Virus record (IMG/VR): IMGVR_UViG_3300025880_000013
From: an uncultured virus (IMG/VR IMGVR_UViG_3300025880_000013)
Taxonomy: Duplodnaviria > Heunggongvirae > Uroviricota > Caudoviricetes
DNA length: 64,000 bases
Strand: one strand, 5' to 3'
In this document: one piece after another, positions 1 through 9,067 of the stretch
How positions within the stretch are numbered: the first letter of the stretch is position 1
Layout of the letters: every line of letters begins with the position of its first letter
Program-made: the position numbers and the translations under genes
The notes under the pieces: model-generated
Database searches by the model: none
What the model was told of the DNA's origin: nothing
Seen by the model: the letters and a program-made list of their open reading frames with translations, nothing else

Positions 1-2
1 GG

Positions 3-1514
3 AGCAATGGATTAGATCCGGCTACAATCGGATACATTGGATATCAAACAGAAGATTTAAATTCTTTTTCTTATAGTATTGATGAAAATCCAGCAACAAT
101 AGACCCAGATAGCCAAGGTGAAGTAAACGTTACAAATAACAGTGTTCCGTTAATTGGAGGGGCTGATGTTGCAATGGCAGCAACTTATAGTGCTCCAAAC
201 TACAATATATCAGGAACGGTACAGACCAGCAGTCAACCTATTTCTTCAGATAGCGGCGGTACAACATTCATCTTAAAAAGATTACCTCAAATAATTTATT
301 TAGGTACTGAAGATTTATTCTGGCAAGATAAGGGAACTAATCAAGCAGCCCCAGTTTCAGTAACATATAGATTTATAGACGCAAATGAAGGAGCAGGTGG
401 AATCCAAACGATTAACGAAGTAAAGAACGAATCTGAAGGATCAAGTTTTAGTTTTACAATTAACATACCAGTTGCTAGTGGATATCAATGGGATAGTTTA
501 CCAACAGTTTCATCAACAGACTCTGTAGTTTCAAGTGCAGTAGCTACAAACCCTTCGGGATCATTTCCAGCTTCTAGTATAAATGTAACTGTTAACGTTA
601 GCGCGCAGCCGCAGGGTGGAACTGTAACATTAACTTATAACTCATCAACAAATTCTAGCGCAATAATTGCACGTACAAATACGTATATAATTAACAACGC
701 TACAACTAGTGCTTGGTCAATAACACCTACTTCAGTAACTGTAACCGATACACCGGGAGATACTGTTCAAGTAGGTTTATTTAAAATGTCCGCCCCATCA
801 GATCAATACTTTGATAAAAGTAAAACACCATCATTACCATTTACGTATATAGGTTCGAGTACCCAACGAGGATCCGATGTTACAATTTCGAGTTACTCAT
901 ATCGAGATATAGATGATTTTATAGTTACTTCAAGTGATAACAATAAGGCATATAAATTATGGTTAAATATTAGTGATACTGATTTTGCAGATGCAAGTTC
1001 AGTTCCAGGAGGAACTACTGATGATACTACTATTAATATTGGTGGATTTAAGTTTTTTGATAATGCACCATATGTTGGATATACCACATCATGGACTGGT
1101 GGAAATAATTCATGGAATTCTTCAGGTAATTATTCTCAACATTATTCTACAACATCTAATAGAACTTGGAATATTGTAAATAATACAGAAGAACTTGTCA
1201 ATATTAGATTAAGGGTAAGTGACGGATCCTCATCAGGGCCTAGCTTGTCTGCCGAAATAACTAATTTAAGTAGTAGCCAAAACCCTAAACCAAAATTAGC
1301 TGCCAACACTGGATCTACATCTCTTAATGGAGGAGGATCCTCTACAAGTTATAGTGCTAGTACATTTAGCATACCTGCTGGAAGTAATATTAATATTGAA
1401 TGGAACTTATTAAGTGTACCAAATAATAACTGGTCGGCAGGCCTACAGTATTATACTGGAACTAATTCTCCAGGTTTAAATCAAGAAATGTTCTTAGGAG
1501 CTAAACAAGTTTAA
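3..1514 (+). CDS. Virion structural / tail fibre-like protein, C-terminal part (5'-truncated by window edge)
   Basis: The frame of the 174..1514 ORF is open back to position 3 (SNGLDPATIGY...). Ser/Thr/Gly/Asn-rich, beta-strand-like composition typical of fibre or Ig-like virion proteins. Confidence 0.5.
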   Translation, partial: SNGLDPATIGYIGYQTEDLNSFSYSIDENPATIDPDSQGEVNVTNNSVPLIGGADVAMAATYSAPNYNISGTVQTSSQPISSDSGGTTFILKRLPQIIYLGTEDLFWQDKGTNQAAPVSVTYRFIDANEGAGGIQTINEVKNESEGSSFSFTINIPVASGYQWDSLPTVSSTDSVVSSAVATNPSGSFPASSINVTVNVSAQPQGGTVTLTYNSSTNSSAIIARTNTYIINNATTSAWSITPTSVTVTDTPGDTVQVGLFKMSAPSDQYFDKSKTPSLPFTYIGSSTQRGSDVTISSYSYRDIDDFIVTSSDNNKAYKLWLNISDTDFADASSVPGGTTDDTTINIGGFKFFDNAPYVGYTTSWTGGNNSWNSSGNYSQHYSTTSNRTWNIVNNTEELVNIRLRVSDGSSSGPSLSAEITNLSSSQNPKPKLAANTGSTSLNGGGSSTSYSASTFSIPAGSNINIEWNLLSVPNNNWSAGLQYYTGTNSPGLNQEMFLGAKQV

Positions 1515-1516
1515 AA

Positions 1517-2314
1517 ATGATAAAAAATATATTAAATAACAAGACATTGTTGCGATTCATAGGAATCGCTATTGTCGTTTTATTAGTTTTAAAACAATGC
1601 AATCAAATCTCAAATCTTAAAGAAGATTTACAAAATACAGAAAAGATTGCAGATAGAAATTTTAATAACTATAAAGCTGCTCAAGATTCTATTAAAGTAG
1701 AACAGAGTAAGAATGGTCAATTAGTTTCTAGAATCGGTTCGTTTGAATACGATGTTGAAGTTTTAAAATCTGACAAGACTAATTTATTGAATAGATATAA
1801 TAAAGTACTAAAAGAAAAAACAAAGCTTGAAAACATAAATACATTAATCTCAACTGATTTAACTATCAAAGATTCGATTTTAAATTCAAATGTTGCAGTT
1901 TCACAAAACAAAGATACTGTTACTTTTAATTTTAGTGACAATAAAAATTGGGATAAATATAATTACAGAGAGTTTAGCGGAGAACTGAAACTAACTAAAT
2001 TAGATTCAATGTTTACTGTTAAATCCTCTAGGTTTGATTTTAATCAAGGCATTAGTTTAACGACAGCACTTGTTAAAGAAGAAGGAAGAGAAGTTTTAAG
2101 AATTACAACACCTTACCCTGGTTTAAATTTTACCTCAATTGAAAATATTAATATTGTTAATGATAGATTAAATCAAAGACAAAAGAAAAAAGCAGGTTGG
2201 TCAGTTGGAATCGGTTTCGGATACGGAATTAATTTAAACAATGATCAAGTAATTAGTACAGGACCTTCAATTGGTTTTGGTATTTATTACTCACCTAGCT
2301 GGTTAAAATTTTAA
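1517..2314 (+). CDS. Membrane-anchored coiled-coil protein, candidate spanin
   Basis: N-terminal hydrophobic helix (FIGIAIVVLLVLKQC), long coiled coil, C-terminal amphipathic beta-hairpin (GWSVGIGFGYG...SIGFGIYY) ending in Phe. Confidence 0.45.
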   Translation: MIKNILNNKTLLRFIGIAIVVLLVLKQCNQISNLKEDLQNTEKIADRNFNNYKAAQDSIKVEQSKNGQLVSRIGSFEYDVEVLKSDKTNLLNRYNKVLKEKTKLENINTLISTDLTIKDSILNSNVAVSQNKDTVTFNFSDNKNWDKYNYREFSGELKLTKLDSMFTVKSSRFDFNQGISLTTALVKEEGREVLRITTPYPGLNFTSIENINIVNDRLNQRQKKKAGWSVGIGFGYGINLNNDQVISTGPSIGFGIYYSPSWLKF

Positions 2315-2329
2315 AATAATAAAAAGAAA

Positions 2330-4390
2330 ATGGCACAATCATCAAAGTTCGCAAGATTAGACGAAGATATTCTATTAGAATTTATCTATAATGATCAAAG
2401 TGCGCCTGATTTAGCTGAAATCGAGAACGATGATAATGGTAGTCAGTTAAAGTACTTAAATACAGTTGCTGGTGATAACACTGCTCCTAGAATGTTAATT
2501 CATGAATTAGGATCAGATGTTGTTAACTTTACAGTTAATATAGCAAATGGATATATTTACATTAATAATTTCGCGGCAAGAGAACTACTTGTTAAAAATG
2601 GATTAACTTATAAATTTGATTTAAATGATCCAAGTATTAATAATGCAAATGGGTTCTATATTAATGGGGTTCAGCAAACACCTTCTGGTGGGATTGTAAC
2701 TTTCACACCAAATACAAATGGAAGTTATGCATATACATATACTAATTTAGCAGGTGATGTACTAACAGGCGGAAATATTGTTGTAGGTGATAAAGCAAAT
2801 TCTTTATATGCTAGACCACTACAAGAAACTGGAAACACAATTAAAACTGCGCCCGGAGAGGGAGGTAGATATTATGCAGTTCCAACAGGCAATGATGGAG
2901 TTTTAGCATTACTAGATAACGGTTTAAATTATTTAGATTCAACTGAATGGCAAGGAGATGATGCAAGTAGTGTGGTTGTAACTCCAACAAATGAAGTGCA
3001 AGCAGTTTGGTATGATACAATAAGATTACACTTAAGAACAGGATATTCTTTTAGTGGAAGAGGATATGAAGGTTTTAACTTTCAAGTAAAAGCAAGAAAA
3101 GAAGCAACTGATGAATATAATTATTTTACTTCTTTAGTTTATTTAAACTCGTCAAGCTTTGAAATTCAAAACCCAAAACCATTTACATTATCTGACAGTT
3201 CTTTTTCTAAGTACATAGAAATAAAGGTTCCTTCATTAGTTTACATGAATGATCCTGCTAAGAATAAAGAATTTAACGATTCATTCTTTGGAACTGGACA
3301 ACAATCAGTTGATAATACTGCAAATTACGAGATTAAATTAAATTTAATCGAGACAGTTAAAACAGTAAATGGATACGATTACATTGAAATTTCAGATTCT
3401 AGAGAGTTAACACTTTCAAGTGAAGATGAATTTGTAGATCTAGCAGTTAATTTACAAGAATCAGATCTTGGAGATTATTTTGAAATATACGGAACTAAGG
3501 ATGGATCAACGTCTGGTTTTGAAAATTATATCAATGGTAGACTTCAAAATTCTGGAGATGATATTACAGTATTTTATGATGTTGATGTTAGTGAGCAGTT
3601 AGGTTTAAATTATGTAAATACTTATAGCACTACATTTTCTCAAATCGCAAATTACGACGAACCTATTATATATAGACCAGTAATTTTAAACGCTGCAGTG
3701 TCTAGTAATTTTTTACTGACAGTGAAGATGCGAATATACAATGAAACAGATAATACTCAAATTTTAAAGATTGCTTCATTAGTTTATACAAAACCTAAGA
3801 AGTACGGTAGAAGAATGAGTAGAATTAATTTAAGCAACAGTATAGGAAACACAGTTGTTTATAATAAATTAGCAAATACACAAGTTAATCGAGAATTAAA
3901 TCAATTTGTTAATTCAATCAGACCTTCTATTGGAGAGACTAAATATGTTCCAGTTGCCTTAGATACTTATGGTATTTTAGCTGGTTCAACTAATGTAGTT
4001 TTAGAAAATACAGAATCTATTGCGACTAATGAAATAGATTATAAGAGTGAAGGAGAAGCTGAAATCACTTTATCAAAGGTATCAGATAACTTTATTAAGT
4101 TCAGTATCGCAAAACCAAAAGGAGATGATATAGAATCTATCAGTTTAGTAAATGCTGACGATATTATTCTTATTATTAAAAGTGGAGCAACAGAACAAAC
4201 AATCCACCACGATCCTAATTTCCCAGATGTTGATTTAGGTAAAGGTGAAGTTTTATTTAAAGTAACTAAAGCAACTGCAAACAGGTTTGATCAAAAAGAC
4301 ACTAACGTTAATCCAGATAAATTTTATATTAATTTAAAGAACGGAGAGACAGAGTCTTTATTATATCACGGAAAAGTAAATATCATATAA
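2330..4390 (+). CDS. Putative virion structural protein (686 aa), function unknown
   Basis: Long acidic, beta-rich ORF translationally coupled (TAATG) to a tail-tube-like gene. Confidence 0.45.
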   Translation: MAQSSKFARLDEDILLEFIYNDQSAPDLAEIENDDNGSQLKYLNTVAGDNTAPRMLIHELGSDVVNFTVNIANGYIYINNFAARELLVKNGLTYKFDLNDPSINNANGFYINGVQQTPSGGIVTFTPNTNGSYAYTYTNLAGDVLTGGNIVVGDKANSLYARPLQETGNTIKTAPGEGGRYYAVPTGNDGVLALLDNGLNYLDSTEWQGDDASSVVVTPTNEVQAVWYDTIRLHLRTGYSFSGRGYEGFNFQVKARKEATDEYNYFTSLVYLNSSSFEIQNPKPFTLSDSSFSKYIEIKVPSLVYMNDPAKNKEFNDSFFGTGQQSVDNTANYEIKLNLIETVKTVNGYDYIEISDSRELTLSSEDEFVDLAVNLQESDLGDYFEIYGTKDGSTSGFENYINGRLQNSGDDITVFYDVDVSEQLGLNYVNTYSTTFSQIANYDEPIIYRPVILNAAVSSNFLLTVKMRIYNETDNTQILKIASLVYTKPKKYGRRMSRINLSNSIGNTVVYNKLANTQVNRELNQFVNSIRPSIGETKYVPVALDTYGILAGSTNVVLENTESIATNEIDYKSEGEAEITLSKVSDNFIKFSIAKPKGDDIESISLVNADDIILIIKSGATEQTIHHDPNFPDVDLGKGEVLFKVTKATANRFDQKDTNVNPDKFYINLKNGETESLLYHGKVNII

Positions 4391-4941
4391 TGATTTTAAA
4401 CAGTAGAAATAATTTATTTAATTTCAAGTTCCCTAGAAAGTTTATTCCAGAGGAAGTAGCTGCGAAGTATAAAAAGTATTTAAATAGAGTTCCAGGAAAT
4501 TTAATAACTGAGCCAATTGATTTTATTAATTATTCTATTCAAGGGATAGGAGTTCCTGGTTTATCATTTGATCCTATTGAGCAAGCATCCAACGATGGAA
4601 CTACAACATACCATAGAGGATCAATACCTATTCAAAATACTATTGAAAGACAATTCACAGTTGAATTACAATTGCTAGATGGTTATATAAACTATTGGAT
4701 AATGCAAGACACTCTGCTGTATTATTACGCAAAGCAAACTAAAAAGCCATTCTTAGACGATTTAAAATTACAGATATTAGATGGTGAAGGAATTCACGTA
4801 ATGAGCGCAGTATTTGAAAAACCAATAATGAACTCAATTACAGAGTTAGAATTAAATATGAGTTCTAATATCGCAGAGTTCAACACATTTACAATAAACT
4901 TCTATTATAACAAATTTAATTTAAAGTTAGAAATAGATTAA
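4390..4941 (+). CDS. Tail tube-fold protein (T4 gp3/gp19/gp54-like)
   Basis: Pattern Q-x-x-x-V-P-G-L-S...F-T-V-x-L-x-L-x-D-x-Y-x-N-Y...LQILD...F-T-I-N-F-Y-Y and a size matching the tail tube/tube terminator family. Confidence 0.55.
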   Translation: MILNSRNNLFNFKFPRKFIPEEVAAKYKKYLNRVPGNLITEPIDFINYSIQGIGVPGLSFDPIEQASNDGTTTYHRGSIPIQNTIERQFTVELQLLDGYINYWIMQDTLLYYYAKQTKKPFLDDLKLQILDGEGIHVMSAVFEKPIMNSITELELNMSSNIAEFNTFTINFYYNKFNLKLEID

Positions 4942-4954
4942 GATATATATTTAT

Positions 4955-5323
4955 ATGAAAACATTTATAGAATTAATTAAGGAACAAGACGTGACTGCAC
5001 AAGAGCTTAGTATATTAACTGAGTCTTTGCAATCAGAATGGACAGATGAACTTGAAGAAAAAGTTGATGCAGCATTAGAGGAATTTGCAAAAGAATACCA
5101 ATTAGAAGATGGTTCTTACGATATTAAATCTTTTAATGAAGAAATGACTAACGAAGGAATGTTCGGTTCTATATTTGGAGGACTAACTGGTTTTGCACTT
5201 GGTAAAACTGTCGGTAAAACTATCGCTAAAGTGTTAGGGATTCAAAAAGGAGTATTTTATGATATGTTAACCTCACGATTAGTTGGTGCCGCTTTAGGTG
5301 CTGCTATCGGTAAAGCTTTATAA
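4955..5323 (+). CDS. Small glycine-zipper protein with capsid-targeting-like N-terminus
   Basis: Starts MKTFIELIKE (cf. T4 internal-protein leader MKTYQEFIAE), has a GATATATA late motif directly upstream and C-terminal GxxxG hydrophobic helices. Confidence 0.5.
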   Translation: MKTFIELIKEQDVTAQELSILTESLQSEWTDELEEKVDAALEEFAKEYQLEDGSYDIKSFNEEMTNEGMFGSIFGGLTGFALGKTVGKTIAKVLGIQKGVFYDMLTSRLVGAALGAAIGKAL

Positions 5324-5974
5324 ATGACATACGTAACAATTGACTTTTCATTAAATTCACCGGGTGTTTGTATTTTCAAAGACACTTATCATTTTATTTC
5401 TTATTTAAAACCAAAATCAGGAACTAAAAAACAACAACTGTTGCAAGAAGACATGGGATTACTATCTGATGTTATTTTAAAAGAGCAACCTGATTTTACT
5501 AATGTTGGAGAATACTCTTCAATTGAGCTAGGTAAGATTAATAGATATATCACATCAGCTAACGATATCATTCAAATCATTAAAGAACTTACAGAAGGTG
5601 AAACTCAATTTGTTTTTGCTTTTGAAGGAACTAGTTTTGGATCAAAGCAAGGAACTAACAATATTATCGACATGGCAGCTGGTGCCGCAATACTTAAACT
5701 TAAAATTTTAGAAGCATTCAATCCAATAACAATTGAGACCGTTGCGCCTTCAACTATAAAGAAGCATGCTGGAAAAGGTAACATGAACAAGTCTCAGTTA
5801 TGGAAGGTCTTTATCGAAAATGGAACTGGGACGGATGAGATTATTAAAGACTCTGAGTTCCTTCTTTTTTGTGTTAATGAAATCGGCGAAACAACTAAGA
5901 TTCCAAAGCCCTTTGATGATTTAGTGGACGCTTACTTCTTGAACTCTTACATTCAAACTTTAAACCATATTTAA
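5324..5974 (+). CDS. RuvC-like Holliday junction resolvase / RNase H-fold nuclease
   Basis: IDFSLNSPG (first Asp), FEG, PSTIKK...GKGNMNK and DDLVDAY motifs. Confidence 0.75.
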   Translation: MTYVTIDFSLNSPGVCIFKDTYHFISYLKPKSGTKKQQLLQEDMGLLSDVILKEQPDFTNVGEYSSIELGKINRYITSANDIIQIIKELTEGETQFVFAFEGTSFGSKQGTNNIIDMAAGAAILKLKILEAFNPITIETVAPSTIKKHAGKGNMNKSQLWKVFIENGTGTDEIIKDSEFLLFCVNEIGETTKIPKPFDDLVDAYFLNSYIQTLNHI

Positions 5975-6051
5975 CTTTCAGGCTTAAAGACATAACTTAT
6001 ACTGTACTTTGGGTAAAAAGTTTCATAACTAATAAAAATAATTTAATAATA

Positions 6052-6240
6052 ATGACAAACAATAAAATAGCACCCTGTATGCTTATGGATTTAAAACGTA
6101 CTTTAGACATGATGGTCTCAACTGACCGAATAACAAAAAAAGAAAGCTTAGAGATTTTAGAGAAGGCTGGGCTTAGTGTATCAGCAGACGGCAAGAACTT
6201 TGTAGACGAGGAAGGCGCCCTATATAATTTTGATATATAA
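6052..6240 (+). CDS. Hypothetical protein (62 aa)
   Basis: ORF fills the intergenic space with an A-rich leader; no recognisable motif. Confidence 0.5.
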   Translation: MTNNKIAPCMLMDLKRTLDMMVSTDRITKKESLEILEKAGLSVSADGKNFVDEEGALYNFDI

Positions 6241-6253
6241 TTTAGTTATATTT

Positions 6254-6280
6254 GAAACTTTTATAAAGTCTCTTATATAA
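6254..6280 (+). promoter_or_regulatory. GAAAC-N17-TATAA promoter
   Basis: Exact spacing; precedes the gp32-primase-uvsY-uvsW operon. Confidence 0.65.
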
Positions 6281-6367
6281 TACATGAAAGTTTATTAAAG
6301 GTACCGAAAGATTAACGATCAAAGAATTTAAAGTTTAACAAATTAAAAGAATTAAAGAATTAAAGAC

Positions 6368-7279
6368 ATGGCAGATTTTGACATTTTCAATTTAGGCGTC
6401 TCAGACGTCGAAACACACGATCAACAAAACACTAAGACAGATGTAATCTACAAACCTAGTGCTGATCAAGGTAAAGATGGAACCTACAAAGCGTTAATAC
6501 GTTTCGTTCCAAATCCATCAAATCCACGTAACTCATTAGTTAAAAAATACGTACACTGGCTAACAGATGCTTCAGGTAACGGTCGATTAGTCGATTCACC
6601 AAGTTCTGTTGGAGAAAGTTGTCCGATTGCAGAATCATTTTTCAAATTACGTAACAGTGATTCAGCAGTAGACCGTAAAATGAGTGAGAAACTTAAAAGA
6701 CGTGAACAATACTACGCACTTATTAAAGTAGTTAAAGATCCTCAAAACACAGCACTTGAAGGCCAATATATGGTATACAAGTTCGGTTACAAGATCAAAG
6801 AAAAGATCGACGAGGAATTGAAACCAGCATTTGGTGAACCAACACAGGTATTTGACCTATTTGAAGGTAAAAACTTTGAGTTGATTATTACTCGCCAAGG
6901 TGAATATAACAACTACGATAAATCTAAATTCTCAGCTACTCGCTCAGCAATCTCAATTGAAGGAGAACCAGCAGAAAGAAGTAAAGAGTCTATGGCTACT
7001 ATTAAAGCTGAACTAGACGCTGCACCATCACTAGAGCCTTATGAATATAAAGCTTGGGACGGAGATGCAAGAGACTTTGTTAACGGAATCCTAAGACAAT
7101 ACCTAAATCCAGGTAGCTCAATGGACGCCGTTACTTCAAAGCCAAAGGCAGCCCCAGCTAAGCCAAAAGCTAAAGTAGAAGAGACAGTTAACAGCACGAA
7201 TACTAACCCATCGCCAACCCCTGTAAGTTCAGAAGATGGTGATGATCTAGATTCTTTCTTGAATGACCTCGATATCTAA
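6368..7279 (+). CDS. gp32: Single-stranded DNA-binding protein (T4 gp32-like)
   Basis: IRFVP, CPI, YKFGYKI, FDLFEGKNF, NYDKSKF motifs and acidic C-terminal tail (DDLDSFLNDLDI). Confidence 0.9.
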   Translation: MADFDIFNLGVSDVETHDQQNTKTDVIYKPSADQGKDGTYKALIRFVPNPSNPRNSLVKKYVHWLTDASGNGRLVDSPSSVGESCPIAESFFKLRNSDSAVDRKMSEKLKRREQYYALIKVVKDPQNTALEGQYMVYKFGYKIKEKIDEELKPAFGEPTQVFDLFEGKNFELIITRQGEYNNYDKSKFSATRSAISIEGEPAERSKESMATIKAELDAAPSLEPYEYKAWDGDARDFVNGILRQYLNPGSSMDAVTSKPKAAPAKPKAKVEETVNSTNTNPSPTPVSSEDGDDLDSFLNDLDI

Positions 7280-8390
7280 GATAGACGAATCATTAAAATC
7301 TAAAATTAGAAGTTTAGTAAAGCAAGTTGTAACAACTCAACATACTGACCCTAATAAAAGGATGCTTAAGGAAATGCCAGGCCGTTTGAGCCTGGCATGC
7401 CCTTATTGCGGAGATAGCCACACAGATACTTATAAAAAAAGAGGCAGTATCTACTGGGATAGTTTACAATATCACTGCTTTAACTGTAGCCAACATGGCG
7501 ATGTTTACAGTTTATTAAAAGACCATCACATTGGATTTCAGGATCGTGAAGATTCTATCAAGGTTATTGACTTTATACAAGAGCATAAAATAACAGCAAC
7601 TACGGTTGAAGTTTTAGAGCATGATATATTTAAACAAATATATGATTTAGCCCCTACACGAGATGAACTTAAATCTACATTTGGATTTAAAGAAATTGAA
7701 GTAGGAGATCCTGGTTATTTTTATCTAAGAGGTAGGATGCTATCTCACAAGCTAGAAAACTTTATGTATTCTCCTAAAGATCGTAGAATGGTAGTTCTTA
7801 ATTTAGCACCAAAAGGCAAAGTTATTGGATTCCAAACGAGAGCCCTTTCAAAACATAAAAGCGCTAGATATTTAACTTATGATATTGAAAAAATATATCA
7901 AGAAATGAAAAAAGATATGGGAGTTTCTGTAGATGAATTAATAAGTCTAAAGAAAATATCAACCCTATTCGGTGTTTTATTAGTTGATTTACAGCGACAA
8001 GTTACTATGTTTGAAGGACCTATTGATGCGATGTTTATGCAAAACAGCATTGGACTTGCAACAGCCGGTAGATCTACTGATGAATTTGATGAAATTCCAA
8101 CTATCAGATATATGTTTGATAACGATCCAACTGGTAAGAAAAAGATGATGGAAAAACTAAGAAGAGGCAAAGAGATATTTATGTGGAGTAAATTCCTTGA
8201 TGAAACTCAATTAGATTTAAGATATGATAAATGGCTAGATGGGGTTGATAAAAATAATAGAGATAAATATCCTAAAGAATTAGGTGACTTAAATGACCTG
8301 GTTAGAGTTGCATATTATTTAAAAGATAATTGTATTAAAGATCTTTCAAAATATTTCAGTAACTCAAAACTAGATGCATTTTACCTATGA
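7263..8390 (+). CDS. gp61: DNA primase (T4 gp61-like)
   Basis: Zn finger CPYCGDS...HCFNC, GFQTR, TOPRIM EGPIDAMF, FDND, DLND. Confidence 0.9.
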   Translation: MTSISKIDESLKSKIRSLVKQVVTTQHTDPNKRMLKEMPGRLSLACPYCGDSHTDTYKKRGSIYWDSLQYHCFNCSQHGDVYSLLKDHHIGFQDREDSIKVIDFIQEHKITATTVEVLEHDIFKQIYDLAPTRDELKSTFGFKEIEVGDPGYFYLRGRMLSHKLENFMYSPKDRRMVVLNLAPKGKVIGFQTRALSKHKSARYLTYDIEKIYQEMKKDMGVSVDELISLKKISTLFGVLLVDLQRQVTMFEGPIDAMFMQNSIGLATAGRSTDEFDEIPTIRYMFDNDPTGKKKMMEKLRRGKEIFMWSKFLDETQLDLRYDKWLDGVDKNNRDKYPKELGDLNDLVRVAYYLKDNCIKDLSKYFSNSKLDAFYL

Positions 8391-8608
8391 TAAAAATAGA
8401 CGTAATCGATATGATCGATGAAGAATTCGAAGAATTCGAAAATGATAAAAACCGTAGAAAGAATCTTAAAGAATTAGTTAGCTTTAGTAGTTCTATCATT
8501 AATTATAATGAAAAGAATATGGTAATTCCAGAGCCAAAACTAAAGAAAAAGATCAACACTACAGTTTATATAAAGAATTTTAAAACTAATAAAAACCAAT
8601 TATTTTAA
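8387..8608 (+). CDS. Hypothetical protein (73 aa)
   Basis: ATGA overlap with the primase stop. Confidence 0.55.
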   Translation: MIKIDVIDMIDEEFEEFENDKNRRKNLKELVSFSSSIINYNEKNMVIPEPKLKKKINTTVYIKNFKTNKNQLF

Positions 8609-8618
8609 ATCACAATAG

Positions 8619-9050
8619 ATGGCGACAGACTTAAAAAACAAAATACTTAAACTAGACGAATATCTAGGAAAACAAAGATTAGAGTGGACAGAAAAGATCA
8701 AATCGCTTACTGAAGATTTAAAATTAGGTAATAATTTAGAACAAGTTAGTTCTTATTCGTTGAGTTATAGACAGATATTAGTTGAAAATTTAACTTCAAT
8801 GACTATTAGAATAAGATCTCAAAAGACAACGGTTGACCAGAAATACAAGACGAAGTGGATCGAGTATTATAATTACGATTATAAGCTAACAGATAAACAA
8901 CGTGAAAAGTTTTTATTAGCAGACTTAGCAGAAGACAATCAATTGCTAGAACTTTTAGAATCGCAGAAAGCTTTCTTTGAAGGTACTGTGAAAACCTTAG
9001 ATAATATGGGCTTTGCAATAAAGAATCGCCTCGATATGTCTAAGTTATAA
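8619..9050 (+). CDS. uvsY: Recombination mediator UvsY-like
   Basis: Helical 143-aa protein, EYY motif, C-terminal MGFAIKN; lies immediately before uvsW. Confidence 0.7.
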   Translation: MATDLKNKILKLDEYLGKQRLEWTEKIKSLTEDLKLGNNLEQVSSYSLSYRQILVENLTSMTIRIRSQKTTVDQKYKTKWIEYYNYDYKLTDKQREKFLLADLAEDNQLLELLESQKAFFEGTVKTLDNMGFAIKNRLDMSKL

Positions 9051-9067
9051 AAATAGTATTATGAATA

